Assembly (NCBI RefSeq): GCF_056712565.1
Contig: NZ_CM160072.1
Direction: 5' to 3' (one strand)
DNA: 64,000 nucleotides
Both the position numbers and the translations under genes were made by a program. The notes under the pieces were generated by a model that was given only the letters and a program-made list of their open reading frames with translations, had not been told where the DNA came from and made no database searches. Positions 40,925 through 51,030 of this stretch are shown in pieces. Positions within the stretch are counted from its first letter, which is position 1, and each line of letters opens with the position of its first letter.

Positions 40925-41052
40925 ATCATGATTGGACGGTGTAAGGACAACACCAACAAAAACAGGAAGTTAGAAGTCTCAGCAGGACACCGACCAGACG
41001 GTGAGGAGACATAAAAGGATACGCAAAGGAGCCGCGGCTCCGAAGTGAAATG

Positions 41053-41077
41053 AAAGCCCGCTGATGCGGGCTTTTTT
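41053..41077 (+). terminator. intrinsic terminator downstream of ssrA
   Basis: AGCCCGC-tgat-GCGGGCT followed by TTTTTT. Confidence 0.55.
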
Positions 41078-41356
41078 GCTTCTTCTCTTTAGCCTGATTC
41101 GACACTCTCAATGCGGCCATAAACAACAACCCACTTTTCTTATACCGTAGCCTGTCCCCCTCTTCCTGCTTTCTAACCATAACAGATGTGAGCGTTTGCT
41201 ATGAGCGATATATAGTCATTCGTACCCTCCGATACTAATCATCACAGAAATTAATATATTCATTCCTTACTGAAAAGCTATGAAGTAGATATATAGGATT
41301 GGGGCGCGTATGGCACTGGACAGTTATGCATCTCCGAATATTATTCCGGAGCTAAG

Positions 41357-41361
41357 ACAAC
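41357..41361. repeat. IS2 target-site duplication, left copy (ACAAC)
   Basis: 5 bp ACAAC immediately left of IS2 terminus; identical copy at 42693-42697. Confidence 0.7.
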
Positions 41362-41452
41362 TAGACTGGCCCCCTGAATCTCCAGACAACCAATATCACT
41401 TATTTAAGTGATAGTCTTAATACTAGTTTTTAGACTAGTCATTGGAGAGCAG

Positions 41453-41818
41453 ATGATTGATGTCTTAGGACCGGAGAAACGCAGACGGCGTACCACACAG
41501 GAAAAGATCGCAATTGTTCAGCAGAGCTTTGAACCAGGGATGACGGTCTCCCTCGTTGCCCGGCAACATGGTGTAGCAGCCAGCCAGTTATTTCTCTGGC
41601 GTAAGCAATACCAGGAAGGAAGTCTTACTGCTGTCGCCGCCGGAGAACAGGTTGTTCCTGCCTCTGAACTTGCTGCCGCCATGAAGCAGATTAAAGAACT
41701 CCAGCGCCTGCTCGGCAAGAAAACGATGGAAAATGAACTCCTCAAAGAAGCCGTTGAATATGGACGGGCAAAAAAGTGGATAGCGCACGCGCCCTTATTG
41801 CCCGGGGATGGGGAGTAA
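41453..41818 (+). CDS. insC: IS2 OrfA (InsC, HTH transposase part)
   Basis: [56 protein letters not shown]... Confidence 0.85.
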
Positions 41819-42681
41819 GCTTAGTCAGCCGTTGTCTCCGGGTGTCGCGTGCGCAGTTGCACGTCATTCTCAGACGAACCGATGACTGGATGGATGGCCG
41901 CCGCAGTCGTCACACTGATGATACGGATGTGCTTCTCCGTATACACCATGTTATCGGAGAGCTGCCCACGTATGGTTATCGTCGGGTATGGGCGCTGCTT
42001 CGCAGACAGGCAGAACTTGATGGTATGCCTGCGATCAATGCCAAACGTGTTTACCGGATCATGCGCCAGAATGCGCTGTTGCTTGAGCGAAAACCTGCTG
42101 TACCGCCATCGAAACGGGCACATACAGGCAGAGTGGCTGTGAAAGAAAGTAATCAGCGATGGTGCTCTGACGGGTTCGAGTTCCGCTGTGATAACGGAGA
42201 AAAACTGCGAGTCACGTTCGCGCTGGACTGCTGTGACCGTGAGGCACTGCACTGGGCGGTCACTACGGGCGGCTTCAACAGTGAAACAGTACAGGACGTC
42301 ATGCTGGGAGCGGTGGAACGCCGCTTCGGCAACGAGCTTCCGGCGTCTCCAGTAGAGTGGCTGACGGATAATGGTTCATGCTACCGGGCTAATGAAACAC
42401 GGCAGTTTGCCCGGATGTTGGGGCTTGAACCGAAGAGCACGGCGGTGCGGAGTCCGGAGAGTAACGGCATAGCAGAGAGCTTCGTGAAAACGATAAAGCG
42501 TGACTACATCAGTGTCATGCCCAAACCAGACGGGTTAACGGCAGCAAAGAACCTTGCAGAGGCGTTCGAGCATTATAACGAATGGCATCCGCATAGTGCA
42601 CTGGGTTATCGCTCGCCACGGGAATATCTACGGCAGCAAGCCAGTAATGGGTTAAGTGATAACAGGTGTCTGGAAATATAG
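41776..42681 (+). CDS. insD: IS2 OrfB (InsD, DDE transposase catalytic part)
   Basis: 301 aa overlapping orfA in -1 frame, typical IS3-family arrangement. Confidence 0.85.
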
Positions 42682-42692
42682 GGGCAAATCCA

Positions 42693-42697
42693 ACAAC
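42693..42697. repeat. IS2 target-site duplication, right copy (ACAAC)
   Basis: See left copy. Confidence 0.7.
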
Positions 42698-42839
42698 CGA
42701 ATGCCGCAGCAGGTAAGATCACGCTAGGGGGGCTGGACAGAATGGCTGTTACGCCCAGTGTGAAGAAAAGAAGGCTAAGTATGGTAGAATTTCCATACGC
42801 ACAGACCTTGTTATCCGACTATACAGCCTGGAAGGCACT

Positions 42840-43628
42840 ATGACAAATCTACAACTGGAAGAAAGATTTAGGGCGCTTGAGAAAGATTACGATGCGCTCA
42901 TTTCCACAAAATATACTGCGCAGAACGTTCTCACTCACACTATGGAAACCTATGTTGATTCTGGTAAATATAAAAACTGGATCGCCAGAGTGAAAAAGTT
43001 AATAGAGGACAGCTACGGAAAAGAGTCTGATTATTACAATGACTTCAATACTGTAAACAGCAGGTGGTCTTCTAATTACAATACACTGATCAAAAGTTAT
43101 AAACCGTTGTTTGATGCGGCGAGAGATGATCTTGCGCACTCTGCTGTCAGTACTAATACTCCTCAAGAAGGTTCGCCGCTGAGCCTCGTACTTAATATTC
43201 TTAACAGGTTTCCGACCTTTGTTCGCCAGTTAAAGAGGCGGTACAACGGCCGTGCGCCGCTTGAAGTTAATGATGAGTATGACGTACAGGATTTGATTTA
43301 TGCACTGCTGACGCTTCATTTTAATGATATTAGGGCGGAAGAGTATACCCCCAGCTTTGCGGGCGCGGCCTCAAGACAGGACTTTCTTTTGAAAAAAGAG
43401 AAAATTGTGATAGAGGTGAAGAAAACCCGTGAATCTCTGGGAGCGGGTAAAGTTGGTGGAGAGTTGCTTATTGATATGGCGCGCTACCGCGCTCACCAAG
43501 ACTGCGATACGTTGATCTTGTTTGTATATGACCCGGATTGCTACATAAATAATCCTTTGGGCGTGAAAACCGATCTGGAATCTAAAGACGCGGAAGGAAA
43601 AGTGAAGGTTGTTATTGCGCAGTTCTGA
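42840..43628 (+). CDS. hypothetical protein with putative PD-(D/E)xK nuclease core in C-terminal half
   Basis: 262 aa; candidate motifs E-YDVQDLIYALL, RQDFLL and IVIEVKK (D...ExK); helical N-terminal half; motif-level call only. Confidence 0.55.
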   Translation: MTNLQLEERFRALEKDYDALISTKYTAQNVLTHTMETYVDSGKYKNWIARVKKLIEDSYGKESDYYNDFNTVNSRWSSNYNTLIKSYKPLFDAARDDLAHSAVSTNTPQEGSPLSLVLNILNRFPTFVRQLKRRYNGRAPLEVNDEYDVQDLIYALLTLHFNDIRAEEYTPSFAGAASRQDFLLKKEKIVIEVKKTRESLGAGKVGGELLIDMARYRAHQDCDTLILFVYDPDCYINNPLGVKTDLESKDAEGKVKVVIAQF

Positions 43629-43715
43629 CACGCTTAAGTGTCACCTTACAGGATTAGGTTTGCGGCCGTGCCAGCAGGACGAGCATGAAAAAGGCCGCTG
43701 GCACGGCCGGATTTG

Positions 43716-44009
43716 TCATCTTTGCCAGGTCAAATCAAAATCTACGTGAAAATCCGCAGGCTTAAGCTCGCAACTGCCACCACGCCCAATTAACGACGTT
43801 ATGTTTACAACGTTTGAACCTGTTGAGATGGCAAGTTGAGTGTCATCTGTAAACGTGATGATTAGCATTTCAGTCTGATGAACCTGTACTCCAGTTTTCT
43901 GAAAACCAATCTGGACAGATTTCACCGTTTTCCCAACCATTTCACGGGCTTGATTGATAGAGTAATTAGCTTCAACTTGTAGGTCATTCCTGAACTTGGG
44001 TAGTGTCAT
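43716..44009 (-). CDS. hypothetical small protein (97 aa), downstream of GIY-YIG gene on same strand
   Basis: ORF convergent with 42840-43628; 12-bp inverted repeat GGCCGTGCCAGC/GCTGGCACGGCC at 43664-43708 between them. Confidence 0.45.
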   Translation of the reverse strand: MTLPKFRNDLQVEANYSINQAREMVGKTVKSVQIGFQKTGVQVHQTEMLIITFTDDTQLAISTGSNVVNITSLIGRGGSCELKPADFHVDFDLTWQR

Positions 44010-44219
44010 TTTACATCCTCTTTAGTGAAGTTTTCGCTATTTAAATCAGCAGCATTCCTTTTAAATCACTGGCATGTCAGCAGTGGATAGTCTGAGTGTA
44101 ACGTCCAGTGAGGGGAATAAATATTGGTCAGACTTTGCACAAAAGAGCCAACTATCGCGGGCTCTCTCTCATCATGTGCGAAAATTGACCACAATATGAA
44201 ATCCAGTTCCATTCCGAAA

Positions 44220-45044
<825 letters not shown>

Positions 45045-45140
45045 TCAATTGACAACTTATAATCCCTACTAGTTAGCATTATGATTTCCAGAGTGAGGAA
45101 TATAAAAATCTCTGTTTCTGGCACATAACAGCCCTTAAGA

Positions 45141-45200
45141 TCGTAGCTCGCCATCATGGGGTGTCGGGGGGCGGAGGTTCAAATCCTCTCGTGCCGACCA
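45141..45200 (+). other. tRNA-Pro 3' fragment (about 60 nt, anticodon-stem to CCA end), att-like remnant, not a complete tRNA
   Basis: catggggtgtcggggggcggaggttcaaatcctctcgtgccgacca matches recalled proL 3' 46 nt with one mismatch; 5' acceptor/D-arm region diverged. Confidence 0.6.
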
Positions 45201-45213
45201 AAAATCCCTTAAG

Positions 45214-45241
45214 AACCAGCCTATTATGGCTGGTTTTTTTA
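45214..45241 (+). terminator. intrinsic terminator following the tRNA-Pro fragment
   Basis: AACCAGCC-tattat-GGCTGGTT followed by TTTTTTT. Confidence 0.6.
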
Positions 45242-45441
45242 TGATTGTTTTTTATGCGGAGAAATACCGGGGAATAATTGGGGTAAAACACCTTTAGGCT
45301 ATTCACTTAGCCTACCACCATCAAAATCTTTCCGAATGTATCCATCTCTTTTTTCTTATGCAGCTAAAACGAAGTCTTGATACTGTTTATTTACACAGAT
45401 AAGAATAATACTGTCTACAAACGCAGTACAAAAGAAGTGTT

Positions 45442-45620
45442 ATGCGTATTGAGATCTCCATAGCCAAAGACAAAATGACCAAATGCCAAACGGCGCTGTG
45501 GACGCGTTAAAGGAAGAATTAACCCAACACATTGGCAAGCGTTATGACGATGTGGAGATGATCGTAAAAGCCACCAGCAACGATAGTTTTTCAGTTAGAC
45601 ATACTGCAGATAAAGATTGA
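45442..45620 (+). pseudogene. DinI-like small gene with apparent frameshift (two overlapping short frames)
   Basis: [14 protein letters not shown] (frame 1, stop 45508-45510) continues in another frame as [37 protein letters not shown]; resembles DinI N-terminus from memory. Confidence 0.35.
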
Positions 45621-46044
45621 GCTAAAACTTTCGTTCAGGAAACTCTGAATGATACCTGAGAGTCTACTGAAGAGTTGTTTGTTCACTAGTTAGCACGTAG
45701 GAAATCATTCAATACTCGCACTATCGGAAGTTCACCAGCCAGTCGTAGCACGTCCTTGCAAACGACGTGCCTACGGTTTCAATCACCTCTCACCATCAAT
45801 TCTATCAATAATAATTAAACAGCGCCTAGACAAAATAAATAACAACAAGTCAACAACCTCGACAGGATGCCGATGGGATGATGAAGAGATAAGAAAGAAT
45901 AACCAGTAAAGCCCTAAAACGTCAGCGTTCAGACGCGTTTTTTACTTAATCGGTAACAAATACGTTGTATCATAGCAAAATAAAATGATTGTTCTAAATC
46001 AGATTAACTCCTCACTTTTGTACAATGTCGCTTACAGGTATACC

Positions 46045-47934
46045 ATGAAATCCGAGACGCTAACTGTCCAACAACTTTTTCAAGACCGCCGACAATACTG
46101 TGTTCCATTCTATCAACGTGCCTATGTATGGACTCAGCAAGACCAGTGGTCAGCTCTACTGGAGGATATCCTAGAGAAAGTACAATCCCGGCTCTCGGGT
46201 ACAAAACCAACTCCCCATTTCCTTGGTGCGGTTGTACTGGAACCTCAATCAAAAAAAGGATTATTAGGTGTAGATTCCATACATATTATTGATGGTCAGC
46301 AACGATTGACCACTCTTCAATATGTTCTGGCATCCATCCGATTAGCATTACGTGCTACGGATCTTTCCAGCTTAGAGGCTCTCATTTCGCCTTGCCTGAA
46401 AAACTCAAACGAAGACACAATGCGAAATAAAGAAGTAGAACGCTTCAAACTGTGGCCAACTTTTCGGGATCAAACTCATTTTATTCAAAGTTTTAATGTT
46501 GAAAATATTGACGATCTCCGGGACGTATTCTCTGATAGTTTCACGCAGCATGGTACGTTGCGTAAGCATTTTAATCACCCGCCATCACTAGAAGCATTAT
46601 GTTTTTTTACTGAAGCCTTTATAAAATGGATTAAAATAGAAAACCACTCACCACAAGAAAATGCTGTAGCTCTAATTGAGGCTGTCTTAACAGATCTGAA
46701 ACTGGTAAGCATATTTCTCGAAGCTGAAGATGATGCCCAAATAATTTTTGAAACATTAAATGGGCGAGGGGCGGAACTTCATGCTACGGATCTTATTCGC
46801 AACTATATCTTTATGTGCGCTGAGCATGAAAATATTAATGCTATTGAATTATATGAAAATGAGTGGAAGAGCTTTGAAGATAAATACTGGTCGGAAAAAC
46901 AACGCCGTGGACGTATTAATAAACCACGCATGGAGTGGCTAGTACATGCGACATTGCAATCAGAAAGGCAACGTGAAATTGATCTGTCTCGCCTTTACAA
47001 TGAGTATCGTGATTATGTAAGTAAGGACTTGTCTTCACAACGAGCAGATCTGCAAGTAAAGCGCCTCAAACAATATGCATCACAATATAAAGAATTGGTT
47101 GATGGTTTTGGCACAACCCCCATCTCACACTTTGGATATCGCATCGCAGACTATGATGTGACGACACTTTATCCGCTTGCTTTGTTCATTTCGATAGCTA
47201 ACATCGCTGATGATGAGAAAGCAGCCATGTATAATGATCTTGTCTCCTACGTAGTACGAAGAGCCGTATGTGGCCTGACGCCAAAGAATTACAACAATGT
47301 ATTTATGAATGTATTGCGGCACTTGGCTAAAACGGAAATTTCCAGTGTTGAGTTACGTAATATCCTCAATAACTTAAATGGCGAAGCCTCACGTTGGCCT
47401 GGTGACTCAGAATTTCTCAACGCTTGCATCAATGCTCCACTTTATCCTGGCAGGCTCGACGCACCGAAAATGCGCTCAATGTTAACGGAACTTGAAAGAG
47501 AACTTTGTCGCCAAGTAAAGACAGAAAAGCCTGATGTTCCAAATCTTTCTAATCTCGATATCGATCATCTTATGCCTCAAAGTTGGTATTCCTGTTGGCC
47601 TCTCGAAAATGGTCGTATGGTGACAAATTCAGATGCTACGGTATTGAACCAAATTGTTCTGTCTGGAACCGATCTTACCCCTGAACAGCTACTGGTAAGG
47701 AAACGGCAACAAGCGATATCTACTTTGGGAAATCTAACTTTGCTTAACCTTAGCGTAAACCGTTCTGTTCAGAATGCTGTATTTCTGAAAAAACGTGATG
47801 CTCTCATCGTCCACACCAATCTACGACTGAACATTCCACTTATAGTTAAGGATAAATGGGATGAGGATGAAATCCTGGAGCGGGGTAAAAAGTTGGGGGA
47901 AATTGCATTGAAAGTATGGCCAAAACACGATTAA
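46045..47934 (+). CDS. GmrSD-family type IV (modification-dependent) restriction endonuclease-like protein (DUF262 + DUF1524/HNH)
   Basis: N-terminal YCVPFYQRAYVW and DGQQR (DUF262/ParB-like); C-terminal DIDHLMPQSW (His-Me/HNH-like); start taken at ATG 46045. Confidence 0.7.
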   Translation: MKSETLTVQQLFQDRRQYCVPFYQRAYVWTQQDQWSALLEDILEKVQSRLSGTKPTPHFLGAVVLEPQSKKGLLGVDSIHIIDGQQRLTTLQYVLASIRLALRATDLSSLEALISPCLKNSNEDTMRNKEVERFKLWPTFRDQTHFIQSFNVENIDDLRDVFSDSFTQHGTLRKHFNHPPSLEALCFFTEAFIKWIKIENHSPQENAVALIEAVLTDLKLVSIFLEAEDDAQIIFETLNGRGAELHATDLIRNYIFMCAEHENINAIELYENEWKSFEDKYWSEKQRRGRINKPRMEWLVHATLQSERQREIDLSRLYNEYRDYVSKDLSSQRADLQVKRLKQYASQYKELVDGFGTTPISHFGYRIADYDVTTLYPLALFISIANIADDEKAAMYNDLVSYVVRRAVCGLTPKNYNNVFMNVLRHLAKTEISSVELRNILNNLNGEASRWPGDSEFLNACINAPLYPGRLDAPKMRSMLTELERELCRQVKTEKPDVPNLSNLDIDHLMPQSWYSCWPLENGRMVTNSDATVLNQIVLSGTDLTPEQLLVRKRQQAISTLGNLTLLNLSVNRSVQNAVFLKKRDALIVHTNLRLNIPLIVKDKWDEDEILERGKKLGEIALKVWPKHD

Positions 47935-48029
47935 TGCAATTAATAAAATGATTATAGTGGCCTTACATTAGTAAGGCCGCTACTCACTATTAAATACTTT
48001 AATTTGCATCAAGAACAGCAGTGTCAGCC

Positions 48030-48158
48030 CTAGGTCTCGGACTTTGTACCGCTTATCTTGTCTTCAAAAATCAGCTCGCATCCTGCACAGTTCAGCGCAT
48101 TACGTTGTAGATCTGTGTTCTGGTCATTTGTTGACACACGTACATAGCCAATAAGCAT
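48030..48158 (-). pseudogene. pin: truncated serine DNA invertase gene (Pin/Gin family), N-terminal 42 codons only
   Basis: MLIGYVRVSTNDQNTDLQRNALNCAGCELIFEDKISGTKSET then TAG; matches recalled Pin/Gin N-terminus incl. catalytic Ser region; RBS GGGAGA upstream. Confidence 0.7.
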
Positions 48159-48184
48159 GGTAGATCTCCCTGACAAAAGCAGGA

Positions 48185-48679
48185 ATGATGCCATTTGCTC
48201 GTTATTTCTGCATTTTCATAAACGTTGGTTTGGGAGAAGGCTCTGCATTACCTGTTGGTGTGCCTGTTCCATGGCCTTCAGCCACACCGCCAACAGGCTG
48301 GCTGAAATGCAACGGTGCGGCTTTTTCTGCTGAAGAATACCCGGAACTGGCAAAGGCTTATCCGACAAATAAATTGCCTGATTTACGTGGTGAGTTTATT
48401 CGTGGCTGGGATGATGGGCGCGGCGTTGATTCAAGGCGTGCGGTGCTGTCAACACAAGAGCCAACTGTAGGTACTTTTTATGTGGAGCTAGCTATCATCT
48501 CGGGAACTTTGAGCGGCTCAGGTGCTAAATTTACCGATTCAGTAGGGATTGGATCAACCAGTAGTAACATTACCGTTAGCAACGGTAATGACCAGTCCGT
48601 GTCGGGTACAGTGGCCGTTAACCCCGTCGATACCCGTCCACGCAACATTGCATTTAACTATATCGTGAGAGCAGCATAA
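48185..48679 (+). CDS. silent alternative tail-fibre C-terminal (variable) segment inside invertible region
   Basis: PSATPPTGWLKCNGAAF...TRPRNIAFNYIVRAA shared with P2-family H C-terminus (21280-21730); no own N-terminal domain. Confidence 0.6.
   Translation: MMPFARYFCIFINVGLGEGSALPVGVPVPWPSATPPTGWLKCNGAAFSAEEYPELAKAYPTNKLPDLRGEFIRGWDDGRGVDSRRAVLSTQEPTVGTFYVELAIISGTLSGSGAKFTDSVGIGSTSSNITVSNGNDQSVSGTVAVNPVDTRPRNIAFNYIVRAA
48213..48238. repeat. gix-like inversion crossover site (left boundary of invertible tail-fibre segment)
   Basis: TTTTCATAAACG-TT-GGTTTGGGAGAA; 15-bp core TTGGTTTGGGAGAAG is exact inverted repeat of 50139-50153; half-site resembles Gin/Pin site TTATCCAAAACC. Confidence 0.55.
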
Positions 48680-49281
48680 TGGATAAAGCAATATTAAATA
48701 GTGGACTTGTTGCTACAAAGGCAGGGGATATTACCGTTTATAACTATGATGGTGAAACTCGGGAATATATTTCCACTTCAAGTGAATATCTTGCCGTTGG
48801 TGTTGGTATCCCGGCATATTCCTGTCTGGATGCACCAGGTATACATAAGGCGGGTTATGCTATCTGTCGTTCTGTGAATTTAAATTCATGGGAATATGTG
48901 CCAGACCATCGCGGTGAAATCGTCTATAACACCGAAACGGGAGAATCAAAACAAATCACAGCACCGGGTGATTACCCCGAAAATACAACCACTATTGCCC
49001 CATTAACGCCATACGATAAATGGGATGGTGAGAAATGGGTGACCGATACTGAGGCACAGCATAGCGCCGCAGTAGACGCGGCAGAAGCACAGCGTCAGTC
49101 ACTGATTGATGCTGCAATGGCTTCCATCGGTCTGATTCAGCTGAAATTACAGGCCGGACGGAAGCTGATGCAGGCAGAAACAACCCGGCTTAACGCTGTG
49201 CTGGATTACATTGACGCGGTGACGGCAACAAATACCAGCACAGCGCCGGATGTCATCTGGCCTGAACTGCCGGAGGCGTAG
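48679..49281 (+). CDS. tail fibre assembly protein (alternative copy, inside invertible segment)
   Basis: N-terminus ATKAGDITVYNYDGETRE near-identical to gpG-like protein at 21732. Confidence 0.65.
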   Translation: MDKAILNSGLVATKAGDITVYNYDGETREYISTSSEYLAVGVGIPAYSCLDAPGIHKAGYAICRSVNLNSWEYVPDHRGEIVYNTETGESKQITAPGDYPENTTTIAPLTPYDKWDGEKWVTDTEAQHSAAVDAAEAQRQSLIDAAMASIGLIQLKLQAGRKLMQAETTRLNAVLDYIDAVTATNTSTAPDVIWPELPEA

Positions 49282-49696
49282 GCCATTCAATATCTGGCGC
49301 ACAGGAAGTATCGACCAGTTCCAGTGCGTCCAGATAATCCAGCCACGAATTATATTGCGCCAGTTCCTCGCCTTTCAGACGACCAATAGCAGCTTTGCCA
49401 GGCCACTGATGGGTATTGATGTAGGTATTGACTTCTGAAACCAAAGATATTTTTTTCATTTCAGCCGTCAACACCTCATCCTCTTTTGAAGGGGGTGGGG
49501 AATTAATCCATACTGGCCGTCCTGAACTGTCAGCGCCAATTTCTTTCCCTTCTGGATGCAGACCAAGAAATTGCTCATATGTTTCTCTGGTAATTTCAAT
49601 AACATCATCAGGAAGCGTTCCCGCATCCTCATATTCTGGAAACAATTCTTGCAGATAAAAACTTTTACTTCCGGGTGAAAAGAATACTGAGTTCAT
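49253..49696 (-). CDS. tail fibre assembly protein (expressed orientation)
   Basis: 147 aa with C-terminal ...LDALELVDTSCAPDIEWPTPP typical Tfa ending. Confidence 0.65.
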   Translation of the reverse strand: MNSVFFSPGSKSFYLQELFPEYEDAGTLPDDVIEITRETYEQFLGLHPEGKEIGADSSGRPVWINSPPPSKEDEVLTAEMKKISLVSEVNTYINTHQWPGKAAIGRLKGEELAQYNSWLDYLDALELVDTSCAPDIEWPTPPAVQAR

Positions 49697-49698
49697 TA

Positions 49699-50442
49699 TT
49701 ACCGTCCAATGATTAACGCTGAGACGCTGGTATCTGAAGGAAAGGCTGCATTCAGTGGTTTGTCGACTTTGAACACAATCGTATTATTCCCCCTGACAGC
49801 GGCAAAAGAACAAACCGCCGTCGCGTATGAACCTGTAATATTACTGGATACACCACCATAAGCTGTTGTTGATACCAGAGGGATAACGCCCAGCACCTTA
49901 TTAGGAAATACAAAGGGCAATGTGGCTGTGGCAATATAAGACTTATTAGAACCTGTGATGGCATAAGCATTATCAGTCATTCCATTCATCGCCACTGGGC
50001 CGCTTATACTTACAGTAACCATCTGAATGATTAGCCCGTCAGGTTGACGAATCACAAAATTTCCATTGCCACCAGTAACCGTCCAGAAAGACATATCAGG
50101 GATTTGGTTTTCCCCGTTGCCCACATTCCGTTTTGCCGCTTCTCCCAAACCAAGGTTTTCGAGAGCCGTTTTCACCGTGCCGTCCGATTTGATATCGCTA
50201 AACGGATTCTTGCGGCTTAACAGCAGCGCACGAAGCGCGGTAAGCAGCTGGTCGTGCCGCGCCTTCTCCAGACTGGCACCGGATGCCTCCACCACGCTGC
50301 AGAGTTCTTCCTGCAACATGTCAAAGTAGTCATCATCCAGATCGGTGGCAGGCGTGCCTGTCTGGGGGTTACCACGGGTAAAACCGTTCTTACCCGCGCC
50401 GAACTTATCCTTCTGCGCGGTTTTCGTGTCTATACGATGCAT
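49699..50442 (-). CDS. tail fibre protein (constant N-terminal part + current variable C-terminal part)
   Basis: 247 aa; gix-like site lies inside the gene at codons around [10 protein letters not shown]. Confidence 0.65.
   Translation of the reverse strand: MHRIDTKTAQKDKFGAGKNGFTRGNPQTGTPATDLDDDYFDMLQEELCSVVEASGASLEKARHDQLLTALRALLLSRKNPFSDIKSDGTVKTALENLGLGEAAKRNVGNGENQIPDMSFWTVTGGNGNFVIRQPDGLIIQMVTVSISGPVAMNGMTDNAYAITGSNKSYIATATLPFVFPNKVLGVIPLVSTTAYGGVSSNITGSYATAVCSFAAVRGNNTIVFKVDKPLNAAFPSDTSVSALIIGR
50140..50165. repeat. gix-like inversion crossover site (right boundary, inside tail-fibre gene)
   Basis: TTCTCCCAAACC-AA-GGTTTTCGAGAG. Confidence 0.55.
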
Positions 50443-50445
50443 GGA

Positions 50446-51030
50446 TTACTCCGGATATTTAAAAATTACGTAGGTATGCGAAGGGCAGAGTTTGTTAAGC
50501 ACACATTCGACGACGGTGTCGCCCCAGATACGCAGCGCGGAATCACAGGGATCGCCACATGTCATCCAGGTGCTGTTGGTGGCGGCTGGCATGTTGACCT
50601 GCCAGTAATACCGCCATTCCGGCGCATTCACCGCGTCAGTACAGGCCGATGAGCAGGTGAACGTGCTTTTGTCGTATCGCGTGATGGTGGCGTCTGGTCT
50701 GCCCAGGGCAGCAAGCTGTGCAAGGTAAAAATCCTCATTGATGCCGCCCGCCAGGTTAACCTTCGCATCCAGTCGTTGCTGACGCTGGCGAAGGGTCTGT
50801 GTTCCTGCGGGAATACATTCATCCGGCAGGCCGCACAGACGCTCCCAGCGATTTATCAGTTCGGTGGTGGTGCGCGGATCCAGCTCCCGCATCAGGGCAT
50901 CCGCACGCTGATGAACGCGGGTTAATGACTGTGCCGCACCGGCAATCGCCGGATCGCTGGCTGACCACGCCGGACCGGGCGGCAGCAGTGCCGACAACAG
51001 ACGGATGTAATCATCGTTTGTCACGCCCAT
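50446..51030 (-). CDS. Mu gp48-like tail protein (DUF2313-like)
   Basis: 194 aa between baseplate J and tail fibre genes. Confidence 0.55.
   Translation of the reverse strand: MGVTNDDYIRLLSALLPPGPAWSASDPAIAGAAQSLTRVHQRADALMRELDPRTTTELINRWERLCGLPDECIPAGTQTLRQRQQRLDAKVNLAGGINEDFYLAQLAALGRPDATITRYDKSTFTCSSACTDAVNAPEWRYYWQVNMPAATNSTWMTCGDPCDSALRIWGDTVVECVLNKLCPSHTYVIFKYPE

Larger units (their letters stand above)
41362..42692 (+). mobile_element. IS2: IS2 insertion sequence (IS3 family), complete, 1331 bp
   Basis: Termini TAGACTGGCCCCCTGAATCTCC ... GGAAATATAGGGGCAAATCCA as recalled for IS2; overlapping orfA/orfB transposase genes; flanked by 5-bp direct repeat. Confidence 0.85.

Noticed and set aside
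40925-41361. Expected integrase or att repeat immediately downstream of ssrA
   Set aside because: No ORF with integrase features and no copy of the tmRNA 3' end found; ORF 40926-41180 (reverse) overlaps the ssrA 3' end and terminator and looks spurious.
43662-43709. 12-bp inverted repeat GGCCGTGCCAGC / GCTGGCACGGCC with ~21-nt spacer; considered a terminator
   Set aside because: Loop too long and no T-run on either strand; kept only as a possible protein-binding site.
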